Source of the DNA: Candidatus Aenigmatarchaeota archaeon
GTDB taxonomy: Archaea; Aenigmatarchaeota; Aenigmatarchaeia; GW2011-AR5
NCBI GenBank assembly: GCA_016198685.1
Contig: JACQID010000007.1
Location: 28,695 to 92,694 of the forward strand
Direction: 5' to 3'
Length of the DNA stretch: 64,000 nt
The translations under genes and the position numbers were made by a program. Each line of letters begins with the position of its first letter. The first letter of the stretch is position 1. Shown in pieces: positions 1-9,408 of this stretch. The notes under the pieces are model-generated. The model had not been told where the DNA came from, ran no database searches, and saw nothing but the letters and a program-made list of their open reading frames with translations.

Positions 1-195
1 AGGATACAGAGCGAGCTTGACCCGAAGGCTCAGGTCATCTGGGGCGCCAGAATATTGCCCTCCTACAGAGGAAGGATACAGGTCATCACCATAGTCACAG
101 GCGTGAAATCCCCGTACATACTGGGCTCAGCGCAAGTGAAAAGGGAAGAGATGTCCAAGGTAGAAGGCGCACTTGGCATAGAAATGCTGCATTGA
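1..195 (+). CDS. ftsZ: Cell division protein FtsZ, C-terminal fragment (5' end outside window)
   Basis: Frame 1 reads RIQSELDPKAQVIWGARILP...IQVITIVTGVKSPYILG...LGIEMLH*, matching the archaeal FtsZ C-terminal LDPxAxVIWGA/IVTGVKSP pattern. Not in the ORF track. Confidence 0.85.
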   Translation, partial: RIQSELDPKAQVIWGARILPSYRGRIQVITIVTGVKSPYILGSAQVKREEMSKVEGALGIEMLH

Positions 196-209
196 TAATA
201 ACCACACCC

Positions 210-286
210 CCTTAAGCTTGCAGGCGGGAGACAGCGAAAATTCTCCCCCAGGAATTTTCCTCCCGCCTGCCAAGCTGTTTTTAAGG
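210..286. other. Long GC-rich intergenic hairpin (possible terminator or structured RNA)
   Basis: GCTTGCAGGCGGGAG (216-230) pairs with CTCCCGCCTGCCAAGC (260-275) with one bulge. Inner stem GAAAATTC/GAATTTTC; outer CCTTAA/TTAAGG. Confidence 0.45.
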
Positions 287-368
287 CGCAGTTGCAGCTG
301 TTTCGTCTCATACACCGGGCGGAATTCGATGTATGATTTTTAATTTCCTCTTTCTCTATACTTAATTT

Positions 369-848
369 ATGGCGATACGTTTCAGAAGAATGCTGAAATC
401 CGACATAGATAATGTGCGGGAAGCGGCCATGGCTTCATGGAAGCACACTTATTCTGAGATATTTGCGGATGTCTTCATTGAAAAATTCGTGAATGAAAAT
501 TATTCGCAGGGTGCCCTAGAAAGCTTATTGCCTATGATAAGGGCGGGAGAAATGTTTTTTCATGTTGCAACGGATGAATCGCGAATAGTCGGATACTGCC
601 ATATGGGAAAGATCAGTACATGGGAATTGTTCAGAATTTATATCGTGCCTCAATATCAGAGCAAAGGAATAGGGAAGAAACTTCTTTGCAAGGGCGAGGA
701 ATACCTGCGAAGGAAAGGAGCGAAGAAATATTTCTGTTTCGTGCACAGGAAAAACAAGAACGGCCTCATGTTCTATCTTAAAAGAGGATTCGTTCATATA
801 CCGGAAAAAGACAAGCCTGATGAATGGCATATGGAGAAAAAATTGTAA
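369..848 (+). CDS. GNAT-family N-acetyltransferase
   Basis: IYIVPQYQSKGIGKKLL acetyl-CoA motif A and NKNGLMFYLKRGF motif B. Confidence 0.85.
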   Translation: MAIRFRRMLKSDIDNVREAAMASWKHTYSEIFADVFIEKFVNENYSQGALESLLPMIRAGEMFFHVATDESRIVGYCHMGKISTWELFRIYIVPQYQSKGIGKKLLCKGEEYLRRKGAKKYFCFVHRKNKNGLMFYLKRGFVHIPEKDKPDEWHMEKKL

Positions 849-851
849 ACA

Positions 852-1931
852 TTACCGTTCTCTCTTGCCTGCAATGAACTCCTCAATCATCTTTTTGGCT
901 TCACTGTCTGTGAATTGCTGCGGGGGGGATTTCATAAGATAGGCTGACGGCGAAGTCAGGGCGCCGGCTATTTTTCTGTCCATTGCAGCTTTGCAGCATC
1001 TTATGGCGTCAACAGCGACGCCGGCCGAATTTGGGGAATCCACAACTTCAAGCTTCAATTCAATATTAAGCGGAACATTTCCAAAAGATGTGCCTTCAAG
1101 TCGTATGAAAGCCCATTTCCTGTCATCAAGCCACTGCACATAGTCGGAGGGACCTATGTGAACGTTCTTGGTTCCCATATCATGCTGGACCTGTGATGTA
1201 ACTGCTGAAGTCTTTGAGATTTTTTTCGATTCAAGCCTTTCGCGCTCTAACATATTCTTGAAATCGGTATTGCCGCCGACATTGAGCTGCATCGTTCTGT
1301 CAAGGCGTACGCCCCGATCCCTGAAAAGATTGGCAAGAACTCTGTGCACTATCGTGGCGCCCACTTGCGATTTGATATCATCGCCCACTACGGGCAGCCC
1401 CGCCTTCTCGAATTTCTGATGCCATTCTTTTGTTTTTGCGATGAACACAGGAATGCAATTGATAAAGCCACAGCTGGCTTTGATAGCGGCTTCTGCGTAG
1501 AATTTTACCGCTTCCTCGCTGCCCACAGGAAGATAATTTATCAGCATATCGGTCTTTGTTTCCTTGAGAATTTTTGCAACATCGACAGGTCTTGATTTGT
1601 CCTCGTGTATCATATCCCTAAGATATTTGCCGATGCCATCCATCGTGGGCCCGCGCTGCACCTTAATTCCTGTCTTTGGAACGTCCGAGAATTTCACAGT
1701 GCAGTTGGGTTCAGCAAATATGGCTTCGGCCAAATCCTTCCCCACTTTCGTTTCATTGACGTCAAAAGCAGCTGAGAATTCTATGTCGCGTATGCGATAG
1801 CCGCTTATGACATTGTTCATCAGTCCAGGCACGATTTCATTGTCTTTTACATTCTTGTAGAATTCCACTCCCTGAACGAGGGATGATGCACAGTTCCCTA
1901 TTCCCGCGATTGCAACTCTTATTTTGGCCAT
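852..1931 (-). CDS. ino1: myo-inositol-1-phosphate synthase
   Basis: [49 protein letters not shown] and DSPNSAG motifs. Start trimmed to MAKIRV. Confidence 0.95.
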   Translation of the reverse strand: MAKIRVAIAGIGNCASSLVQGVEFYKNVKDNEIVPGLMNNVISGYRIRDIEFSAAFDVNETKVGKDLAEAIFAEPNCTVKFSDVPKTGIKVQRGPTMDGIGKYLRDMIHEDKSRPVDVAKILKETKTDMLINYLPVGSEEAVKFYAEAAIKASCGFINCIPVFIAKTKEWHQKFEKAGLPVVGDDIKSQVGATIVHRVLANLFRDRGVRLDRTMQLNVGGNTDFKNMLERERLESKKISKTSAVTSQVQHDMGTKNVHIGPSDYVQWLDDRKWAFIRLEGTSFGNVPLNIELKLEVVDSPNSAGVAVDAIRCCKAAMDRKIAGALTSPSAYLMKSPPQQFTDSEAKKMIEEFIAGKRER

Positions 1932-2031
1932 GACCATCATCAATAACTTTACAGACTGTAAAATTCTTGCCGCGAAAGTATTTATATGATGGTTACACGT
2001 GCTATATAAATTTTACAGTGCGTAAAATCTT

Positions 2032-2340
2032 ATGCGCACGCCCATAGAAAGGCTGGAAGAGAAGCTTTTCAAGGAAAACCTCTGGCTCTTCCTTATGATG
2101 CTTCTTTCGGAGAAAAAAAGGAAGAGAAGCGACCTTCGCGAACTTGTGCACAAGAGATTCGGATTCATGCCGGGCGAGATGACGTCTTACAAAGTTCTTT
2201 TTTTGCTTGAGCAGGGCGGCTATGTCAAGAGAGACGTGGAAAAATATTATTACCCGGCCCCTGCGGGGGTGAAACAGCTCAATAAAGGCAAAAAGCTCCT
2301 TGAGCGGGCGTTCAAGATGCTTGGGCAAAGAAAAGCATAA
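2032..2340 (+). CDS. PadR-family transcriptional regulator
   Basis: Winged-helix pattern (YKVLFLLEQGGYV...YYYPAPAG) directly upstream of an SdpI-type gene. Confidence 0.7.
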   Translation: MRTPIERLEEKLFKENLWLFLMMLLSEKKRKRSDLRELVHKRFGFMPGEMTSYKVLFLLEQGGYVKRDVEKYYYPAPAGVKQLNKGKKLLERAFKMLGQRKA

Positions 2341-2494
2341 GAGTTGGCGCAAATCCTCCCATGACCAGTGCAGAGATAGTAGGCGAAGTTCCCAATCTCT
2401 ACGCAGAAAACGGGGCATATATAGCAACTGTCGTTAATGATGCAGCAATTGCAATGAGAGATGCTATAAAAATTCTCATGGCCTAATTATAAAG

Positions 2495-3139
2495 ATGAGG
2501 AAAGTGCGTATCGCAATTCTAATCGTGTTCTTGAGCACGCTGGCCGCGAGCCTTTATTTCTATGCGCAATTGCCCGAAATGATGCCGTCTCATTGGAATG
2601 CCGAGGGCGACGTTGACAGCTATATGCCGAAGGCATGGGGCGCGTTCCTTGTGCCCTTTCTTATTGCCGCAATAGCATGCCTTCTTTTGTTCATACCAGA
2701 AACCGACCCGATGAAACAAAACGTGGACCGATTCCGGAATTATTATGACGGATTTGTCATACTTCTGGCTGTGTTTATGGCAGGCGTTCACTTCCAGCTG
2801 ATACTCTGGGCGCTTGGGGTTGAAATAAGCCCGAATAACACGTTCCCTATAGGCATCGGCATAATGTTCTTCTATATAGGGATACTACTGGAAAAATCGA
2901 GACGCAACTGGTTCATAGGAATCAGGACGCCGTGGACCATGAGCAGCGATCGTGTCTGGGAGAAGACGCATAAACTGGGAGGCATATTATTCAAGATTGC
3001 CGGGCTTGTTTCATTGACAGGCGTATTCTTCCCGGCATATTCTGTATTATTGATACTGATTTCAGCCATCCTTGCAGCCGTTTTCTGTGTTATATATTCT
3101 TATTTTGAATACCAGAAAGAGAAAAGCATGCGGCGATGA
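2495..3139 (+). CDS. DUF1648/SdpI-family membrane protein
   Basis: LPEMMPSHWNAEGDVD (DUF1648) and RNWFIGIRTPWTMSSDRVWEKTH (SdpI). Confidence 0.88.
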   Translation: MRKVRIAILIVFLSTLAASLYFYAQLPEMMPSHWNAEGDVDSYMPKAWGAFLVPFLIAAIACLLLFIPETDPMKQNVDRFRNYYDGFVILLAVFMAGVHFQLILWALGVEISPNNTFPIGIGIMFFYIGILLEKSRRNWFIGIRTPWTMSSDRVWEKTHKLGGILFKIAGLVSLTGVFFPAYSVLLILISAILAAVFCVIYSYFEYQKEKSMRR

Positions 3140-3317
3140 TTTTTAGCATGAGAAATGCCGGAATATGGATACAGTATTTTCAGATTGTTGTAATGTCTCC
3201 TGCCGCATTTTATATCCGGCAGGTTTGCGCTGAAAGTCCGGCATTATGCGACCCGGCAAATATTCATTATTTTGCCCGTGCTTTATATAATATAAAGATT
3301 CCAAGCAACTAAATTTC

Positions 3318-3608
3318 ATGGTCACCGATATGATCAAGGTAGTCGAAAAAACATCCAAAGCAGCACGGCTTAATCTTTCAGCTTTTGAACTTCAGAAGTT
3401 TACTGCTGATATGGAAGAGATGCTCAAGGCCTTCAATACATTGGAGAAGGTTGATGCGCCGCAGGAAGCAAGTTATCAGCCTGTTGGCATAAAGGATGCC
3501 ATGCGGAAAGATGAGCCTGAGCAATGCCTGACGCAAGAAGAAGCGTTGTCCAATACCAAAAACAAGGAAAGCGGCTTCTTCAAAGGTCCGAAAGTCATAG
3601 ACAAGTGA
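3318..3608 (+). CDS. gatC: Asp/Glu-tRNA amidotransferase subunit C
   Basis: AARLNLS...MRKDEP...ALSNT...GFFKGPKV; lies immediately upstream of gatA. Confidence 0.85.
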   Translation: MVTDMIKVVEKTSKAARLNLSAFELQKFTADMEEMLKAFNTLEKVDAPQEASYQPVGIKDAMRKDEPEQCLTQEEALSNTKNKESGFFKGPKVIDK

Positions 3609-3612
3609 GAAC

Positions 3613-4959
3613 ATGGATTACAATATGGGAGCCAAGGAATTCCTTGCGGAAGCGAGGGATGGTAATATTGACCATGAAGATTTCTCTGCAAAATTCAATG
3701 AAGAGCTCAAGAAGCTCAGAATATATGATTTTTTCCAGCATGAGCAGGGCATGCACGGCGAGGGATTGCCGGTGTCGGTAAAGGATAATATCTGCGTCAA
3801 GGGCATGCAAACCACGGCAGGATCGCGCATACTGCAAGGCTACATGCCTGTTTTTGATGCGTCTGTCATAGAACGCATAAAGACCATAGGCTCGGTCATA
3901 GGAAAAACCAACCAGGATGAGTTCGGTTTCGGAACGTTTTCCGCGAATTCTGCGTGGGGAATTCCCAAGAACCCGCTTGATCCGGAAAGAAGCTGCGGCG
4001 GCTCATCTGGCGGCGCGGCAGGATTGACGGCTGCACTCAAGATGCCACATATTGCGCTGGGCCAGAGTACGGGAGGCTCGATATCCTGCCCGGCTGCGTT
4101 CTGCGAGGTAGTTGGCCTGACACCTACTTACGGTTTGGTTCCGCGATACGGCCTCATAGATTACGCTAACTCGATGGACAAGATAGGTCCAATAGCAAAA
4201 GATGTATGGAGCGCGGCATGGATGCTTTCTATTATAGCCGGTTATGATGAAAGGGATTCAACATCGCTTGACGTTCCCAGGAAAGATTACACGAAGACAA
4301 AAGGCATAAAGGGCATGAAACTTGCAGTGCCGAAAGAATATTTCATAAATGTCGACAAAAGCGTTGAGAAAGATACATGGGCGGCAATAAAGAAGCTGGA
4401 ATCTTTGGGCGCAACATACGAAGAAGTGTCTCTTCCGAACACGCAGAACGCACTTTATGCTTATTACATAATCGCCGCTTGCGAGGCATCAACAAACCTT
4501 GCGCGATTCTGCGGGATGCGTTATGGGATGGAAGAGGACATAAAGGGAAATTTCAATGAATACTTCTCATCTGTGAGAACAAAAGGATTCGGCGAGGAAG
4601 CCAAGCGCAGGATAATGCTGGGCACATTTGCAAGGATGTCGGGATACAGGGAAGCTTATTATCACAAAGCCATGCGCGTAAGGACGCTTGTAATAAACGA
4701 ATTCAAATCGATCTTCGGCAAGTACGACGCGATAGCTGCACCCACGATGCCCATACGGCCGCCCAAGTTCACGGATATCAAGAAACTGAAGCCGATGGAA
4801 GTCTACCAGATGGATATACTTACCGTGCCGGCGAATCTTGCAGGCATACCGACAATATCGGTGCCATGTGGAAAGATGACTGGTCTGCATGTAGTCGGCA
4901 ATCATCTTGAGGAAGAGAAAATAATATCTATAGCTTCGGCTTACGAGGGAGCGAGATGA
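3613..4959 (+). CDS. gatA: Asp/Glu-tRNA amidotransferase subunit A
   Basis: Amidase signature VSVKDNI, GKTNQDEFG, GGSSGGAA, STGGSISCPA, plus EAKRRIMLGT. Confidence 0.95.
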   Translation: MDYNMGAKEFLAEARDGNIDHEDFSAKFNEELKKLRIYDFFQHEQGMHGEGLPVSVKDNICVKGMQTTAGSRILQGYMPVFDASVIERIKTIGSVIGKTNQDEFGFGTFSANSAWGIPKNPLDPERSCGGSSGGAAGLTAALKMPHIALGQSTGGSISCPAAFCEVVGLTPTYGLVPRYGLIDYANSMDKIGPIAKDVWSAAWMLSIIAGYDERDSTSLDVPRKDYTKTKGIKGMKLAVPKEYFINVDKSVEKDTWAAIKKLESLGATYEEVSLPNTQNALYAYYIIAACEASTNLARFCGMRYGMEEDIKGNFNEYFSSVRTKGFGEEAKRRIMLGTFARMSGYREAYYHKAMRVRTLVINEFKSIFGKYDAIAAPTMPIRPPKFTDIKKLKPMEVYQMDILTVPANLAGIPTISVPCGKMTGLHVVGNHLEEEKIISIASAYEGAR

Positions 4960-5684
4960 AGGTCACAATGCTTGGCACAGGCACAACTATCAACAAAAGA
5001 GCAGGAGCCTCCTTGCACGTGCAGACTGACAGGAGCATCATATTTGACATAGGCCCAAGAAGCGCCTGGAACATGGAACTTGCGGGAATTGAGAGAAATG
5101 CAGCAGATGCGATATTCATCTCGCACGGCCATGCCGACCATTATTCGGACATCCTGTTGTTCTTTTTTGATGCCGTTACGTCAGGCAGGGACGAATCATT
5201 GGATATATATTGCCCTCCCGGACTGGGAAAGCCGCTCGGCGCTATCAAATCTTTTCCGATAATTGACAAAGCGGAGTTTACTTCATCGATAAGGGAAATA
5301 ACCAATAAAAAAATAACTTTGGGCAGCACGGATATAACCGCAAAAGAAGTCGTGCATGATCCGGCGATACACTCGAACGCCTACAGGATCGAGCATGAAG
5401 GAAAAAGCATTGTTTACTCAGGCGACAGCATCAAGTGCAAAGAGCTTATCGAAATATCAAAAGGCGCGGATCTTGTGATATTTGAGGCCGCGCACGTGAA
5501 ACCACATCCGAAGCACATGACGCCGCAAGAAGCAGGAGAAGCTGCACAGGAAGCGGGGGCAAAGAAGCTTGTGCTGACGCACCTCTATCCGGATAGCGAC
5601 GAAGCTGATATTGTAAGTATGGCAAAGAAGAAATTTTCCGGCGATATTATCAAGGCCGAAGACCTCATGGAGATCGAAATTTAA
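4956..5684 (+). CDS. MBL-fold metallo-hydrolase (RNase Z-like)
   Basis: ISHGHADH, YSGDS, HMTPQEAG and LVLTHL motifs. Confidence 0.85.
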   Translation: MKVTMLGTGTTINKRAGASLHVQTDRSIIFDIGPRSAWNMELAGIERNAADAIFISHGHADHYSDILLFFFDAVTSGRDESLDIYCPPGLGKPLGAIKSFPIIDKAEFTSSIREITNKKITLGSTDITAKEVVHDPAIHSNAYRIEHEGKSIVYSGDSIKCKELIEISKGADLVIFEAAHVKPHPKHMTPQEAGEAAQEAGAKKLVLTHLYPDSDEADIVSMAKKKFSGDIIKAEDLMEIEI

Positions 5685-6232
5685 TGTTCAGGGAAGGAAG
5701 AATACTGGAAAGAATGGAGAAAAATGGCGAGAGGGTCGTCATAAGATTCTTGAAGAAGAGTGACTCTGCAATGCTGCTGAAATACATACATGGCCTTGTG
5801 GACGAAAGGGCAAAAATTATGATGAACAGGAAGCCCAGCATCAAGGAGGAACGGGAATATGTCAGTGACTGCATCAGCAAATGCCGGCGAGGCAGGAACG
5901 TGCACATAGTTGCTGAATGCGGCAAGAATATAATAGCAAGCATGCAGCTGCGGGGCGGGGAAGGCGTTGAGCACAAATGCGGAGAATTGTCCATGGGCGT
6001 TGCTTTCCCTTACAGGAAGCAAGGCATCGCGTCAAGGATGTTCATGCTATTGCAAGTTCACGCAAAAGAGAATGGGTTTGATACTATCATCTCTTCATAC
6101 TATTCAAACAATGCGGCTTCAAGCAATTTTCACGAAAGATTCGGATTCAAGATAGTAGGGCAAGTGCCTAATTCAATAGATTATTACGGAAAGCGCTTGG
6201 GGAAAGTAGTTGTTTACAGGGTGTTGAGATGA
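5684..6232 (+). CDS. GNAT-family N-acetyltransferase (RimJ/RimL-like)
   Basis: VAFPYRKQGIAS and NNAASSNFHERFGF motifs. Confidence 0.8.
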   Translation: MFREGRILERMEKNGERVVIRFLKKSDSAMLLKYIHGLVDERAKIMMNRKPSIKEEREYVSDCISKCRRGRNVHIVAECGKNIIASMQLRGGEGVEHKCGELSMGVAFPYRKQGIASRMFMLLQVHAKENGFDTIISSYYSNNAASSNFHERFGFKIVGQVPNSIDYYGKRLGKVVVYRVLR

Positions 6233-7593
6233 GAATCGGGCTTGAAGTACACGTGCAATTGAGAACGCGAACAAAACTATTCTGCGGCTGCCCCAATACG
6301 CACGAAGAAAAGCCTAACATGCTCACGTGTGAATACTGCTTGGGCATGCCGGGGAGCAAGCCTGTGCTGAATACTGCGGCAGTGGATGCCGCAATAAAGA
6401 TAGGCTTAGCATTGAACTGTGCATTTCCAAAAGAAATGTTCTTCTCAAGAAAGAGCTATTTCTATCCTGACATGGGCAAGAATTTCCAGATAACGCAGTA
6501 CGAAGCGCCCGTGGCATCCAAGGGGATTATCGAGGCGGGAGGCAAGAAAGCCGGCATCACCCGCGTGCAGATGGAAGAGGATCCTGCAAGGATCGTCCAT
6601 GAGAAAACGCATATACTCGTTGATTACAACCGCTCCGGCGTGCCGCTGTGCGAGATCGTGACAGAGCCGGATTTCGGGTCGCCGAAAGAGGCGCGCGTGT
6701 TCCTGCAGCATCTGGCAAGCGTACTTGAATATCTTGGCGTAATGGATCCGTCTATGGAAGGCTCGATGCGAGTAGATGCCAATGTGTCTACGGAAAGCAA
6801 TCGTGTCGAGATAAAAAACATCACGGGATTCAAGGAAGTTGAACGGGCGCTTAACTATGAAATAATACGGCAGAGGAATGTCATAAGGCGCGGCCATGAA
6901 ATAAAGCGAGAAACGCGCGGATGGGATGCCGATGCCGGCGTCACAAGAAGCCAGCGAAGCAAGGAAGAGGAAGATGATTACGGCTACATTTTTGAGATAG
7001 ACCTGCCCCGAATAACGCTTCCCAAAGCTAAGATAGACAGCATCAGGCAAACTTTGCCTGAGCTTGCCGGGCAAAAGATGAAACGTTATGCGAAGATGGG
7101 CGTCAAAGAGGAATTGGCAAAGGCGATCACATCTGAAATAGACCTTGCTCAGGCGTTCGAGAAAGTCGCTGAAAATGTCGAGCCGGCTCTTGCTGCCAAG
7201 TGGTTTGCAGGAGAAATAAAGAAGACGCTGAACTACAATGATTTGCGGATGAAAGACACAGGAATAACTACGCAGCATGTAAGCAAGCTTTTGATCATGG
7301 TTAGAGACGGCAAGTTGACAGACAGAGCCGCTGAAATGATATTCCGTGGTATGGTGGAGAGGCCGCAGGATCCAGAAAAGCTTGCTGCAGGCATGCAGGC
7401 GATAGGAAGCGAAGGCGAGATAGAATCCCTGGCAAAAGAAGCGATAAATGAGAATCCAAAAGCCATCGAAGATTACAACGCCGGAAAGAAAGAATCGTTC
7501 AATTTCCTGGTGGGCCAGGTGATGAAGAAGACTAAAGGAAGGGCGAAGCCGGATGCGGTAAAGGCCGTGATGGAGAAGCTTCTTGGAAAATAA
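6229..7593 (+). CDS. gatB: Asp/Glu-tRNA amidotransferase subunit B
   Basis: IGLEVHVQL, RKSYFYPD, DYNRSGVPLCEIVTEPD, EGSMRVDANVS and C-terminal Yqey-like NFLVGQVMK. Confidence 0.97.
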   Translation: MRIGLEVHVQLRTRTKLFCGCPNTHEEKPNMLTCEYCLGMPGSKPVLNTAAVDAAIKIGLALNCAFPKEMFFSRKSYFYPDMGKNFQITQYEAPVASKGIIEAGGKKAGITRVQMEEDPARIVHEKTHILVDYNRSGVPLCEIVTEPDFGSPKEARVFLQHLASVLEYLGVMDPSMEGSMRVDANVSTESNRVEIKNITGFKEVERALNYEIIRQRNVIRRGHEIKRETRGWDADAGVTRSQRSKEEEDDYGYIFEIDLPRITLPKAKIDSIRQTLPELAGQKMKRYAKMGVKEELAKAITSEIDLAQAFEKVAENVEPALAAKWFAGEIKKTLNYNDLRMKDTGITTQHVSKLLIMVRDGKLTDRAAEMIFRGMVERPQDPEKLAAGMQAIGSEGEIESLAKEAINENPKAIEDYNAGKKESFNFLVGQVMKKTKGRAKPDAVKAVMEKLLGK

Positions 7594-7625
7594 TGGGTTT
7601 TTAAGATTTCTGCAATTAAGAAATC

Positions 7626-8177
7626 ATGGACCTAGACCGTTCTTTATTCGTTCCGTTAAGCGGGCGTTTTATAAGAAGACCGCCACGAGCAGAAAAAATA
7701 ATGAGAGACGCGGAGAATCACGGCATTCCAGTGTTCTTGGACCCGAGCGATGGGGATCCACTTGAATTTTACAATAGCGTTGCGCTGTGGTTTTATGCCA
7801 GGGGGACACTAAGAGATTTTGCTTACGACAACCATTCATTGATGCTTTTTCAAGGACAAAATTACAGGGATTCGTGCAACATGATAGAGGGCACGTTTTC
7901 TGCAGGGCAACGCCGCGTTCCTGTCATATTCATTCCCGGAATGCATACTGACAGATATGTAGGAACAGATGTTATAGAAGATGCCAGAGTGTATTATAAG
8001 AATACGTTCAAAAGAACGCCGCCACTCACCGTGAAAATACGTCCTGCCGCGCCCTATGAGCAGCCGGGACTGTACCTTACCGACGGGCCACACAGAAAAA
8101 TACTTGTGCCGCCTTCAGGGCTTTCTGAAGCGGCAAAAAGAATGGCATATCTTGCAGGCGCGTCTGATATTTTTTAG
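7626..8177 (+). CDS. Hypothetical protein
   Basis: 183-aa ORF filling the gap between gatB and tRNA-Arg; no recognised motif. Confidence 0.55.
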   Translation: MDLDRSLFVPLSGRFIRRPPRAEKIMRDAENHGIPVFLDPSDGDPLEFYNSVALWFYARGTLRDFAYDNHSLMLFQGQNYRDSCNMIEGTFSAGQRRVPVIFIPGMHTDRYVGTDVIEDARVYYKNTFKRTPPLTVKIRPAAPYEQPGLYLTDGPHRKILVPPSGLSEAAKRMAYLAGASDIF

Positions 8178-8244
8178 GCTCATGGATATGGCATAGCAGT
8201 GCCATGCAGGAGCTTATAACTTTTGCCTGCAAATATGCTTGCAC

Positions 8245-8345
8245 GGGCCCGTGGCTCAGCTTGGATAGAGCGCTTGGCTTCGGTCATAAGGAAGAAACCA
8301 ATGAAAAGTCCATAGAGGTCGGGGGTTCGAATCCCTCCGGGTCCG
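8245..8345 (+). tRNA. tRNA-Arg(UCG) with two 13-nt introns (8284-8296 at 37/38; 8301-8313 at 41/42)
   Basis: Acceptor GGGCCCG/CGGGTCC, T-arm GGGGG-TTCGAAT-CCCTC, anticodon TCG at 8280-8282. The anticodon stem CTTGG/CCAAG is restored only when both introns are removed, and each intron fits a BHB motif. CCA is not encoded. Confidence 0.9.
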
Positions 8346-8386
8346 CTTCGATAAAGCCTTATAAAGAATTCTGAAATACGCTGTCC

Positions 8387-8758
8387 ATGCAAGGAAAAAA
8401 CCGCGGCTATGCTGTAGTCCATCATCAAGACGTGCATGTGGACAGGGGCGAATTGAGCAGGCTCATAGAGGGAGTCTTGTACAATGGAGGTTCTATTTCA
8501 TTTCCCGAGCAGGGACATTGCGTTGTGGGAATACCCGTGGACAAGATAGGAAAGCAACGGGGGCCGCTTGTGACAATTTCGATGCAGGAATTGGACGGCT
8601 ACGTAACATTCAGGTACAAAATTGGTGTAGTAAAACATTCGCAAATATATCGTGAGGCGCTCCGGTCTTTTGAGGGTGCATTGAGGGATGGAAGCGATGT
8701 TGTATATGCGATGCATAACGAGGATTCTGCGAGAATGCCGCTCATAATAGAGTTCTGA
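8387..8758 (+). CDS. Hypothetical protein
   Basis: 123-aa ORF filling the intergenic space; no recognised motif. Confidence 0.5.
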   Translation: MQGKNRGYAVVHHQDVHVDRGELSRLIEGVLYNGGSISFPEQGHCVVGIPVDKIGKQRGPLVTISMQELDGYVTFRYKIGVVKHSQIYREALRSFEGALRDGSDVVYAMHNEDSARMPLIIEF

Positions 8759-8762
8759 AGCG

Positions 8763-9149
8763 TCATGCAACGACGAGTTTTACGTTCTCAACTTTCTTTA
8801 TAGCGCGTACTTTCCCGTAGAACTCCTTGATTCTGGCAGCATCGCCGTTCAGAACGAAGATTTCCATGCACTTGCCTTTGCTCAAGTTTGCATGCACTTG
8901 CGTGTTGATTACTCCCTCATATGCATGCTTTGCCTTTGTGACGGCATCTTCGCCTTTCTGGTTGTGCATGACTAGCATGACGCATTCTATTATGCCCTCC
9001 ATGGAGTTCTTCTCATGGTAATCATCCAAGAGCAATTTCATTGCGGCTCTTATAGTCTCCGAGCGTCCTGAAAACCCCAGTTCCTTCTGTGCAGAATCCA
9101 TCGTGTGCAGAAGTTCCTCGTTCAATGACATGGAAATGATTTTCGGCAT
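8763..9149 (-). CDS. NikR-like RHH/ACT metal-responsive regulator
   Basis: N-terminal RHH (IISMSLNEELL...GFSGRSETIRAA) and C-terminal NikR metal domain (AKH...TQVHANL..KCMEIFVL.G). Start trimmed to MPKIIS. Confidence 0.85.
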   Translation of the reverse strand: MPKIISMSLNEELLHTMDSAQKELGFSGRSETIRAAMKLLLDDYHEKNSMEGIIECVMLVMHNQKGEDAVTKAKHAYEGVINTQVHANLSKGKCMEIFVLNGDAARIKEFYGKVRAIKKVENVKLVVA

Positions 9150-9179
9150 TATTAACCCCCTTTTAAGCTGTAGCATAGT

Positions 9180-9212
9180 TATTATTAACAATAAAGTTAA
9201 ATATTAATAATA
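9180..9212. promoter_or_regulatory. Dyad operator candidate TATTATTAA-N15-TTAATAATA
   Basis: Perfect 9-bp inverted repeat with a 15-nt spacer between the divergent nikR-like gene and the ZIP operon. Long-spacer dyads are typical of NikR operators. Confidence 0.55.
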
Positions 9213-9225
9213 TCCAAGATACAGC

Positions 9226-9399
9226 ATGAAAGGCGCATCTATGCTGAATATCGGGGTCACGCTCGCGATGACCGGAATAGGGATATTCTTCATAATCAAG
9301 GGTGTTGCCGGCGAGAACGTGGCTCCAGCGCTTCTGGCGTTTGCGGGCATACTGATGATAGTCGAGCAGGTATTGGATATGACTCATGCGCACGGCTGA
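9226..9399 (+). CDS. 57-aa two-helix membrane microprotein
   Basis: MKGASMLNIGVTLAMTGIGIFFIIKGVAGENVAPALLAFAGILMIVEQVLDMTHAHG*. Below the ORF-track cutoff; ends 9 nt before the ZIP gene. Confidence 0.6.
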   Translation: MKGASMLNIGVTLAMTGIGIFFIIKGVAGENVAPALLAFAGILMIVEQVLDMTHAHG

Positions 9400-9408
9400 G
9401 GGGATGAC

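Noticed and set aside
240-270. Minus-strand GGGAGGAAAATTCC resembling the RNase P RNA GAGGAAAGUCC motif
   Set aside because: It lies in the arm of a simple hairpin, with no P4 3' partner and too little non-coding space.
2361-2486. 41-codon ORF between the padR-like and sdpI-like genes
   Set aside because: No motif or compositional support; left uncalled.
3154-3246. Nested inverted repeats (AATGCCGGA/TCCGGCATT and CCTGCCG/CGGCAGG) upstream of gatC
   Set aside because: Short stems with no recognisable riboswitch or T-box motif; could be a terminator or chance.
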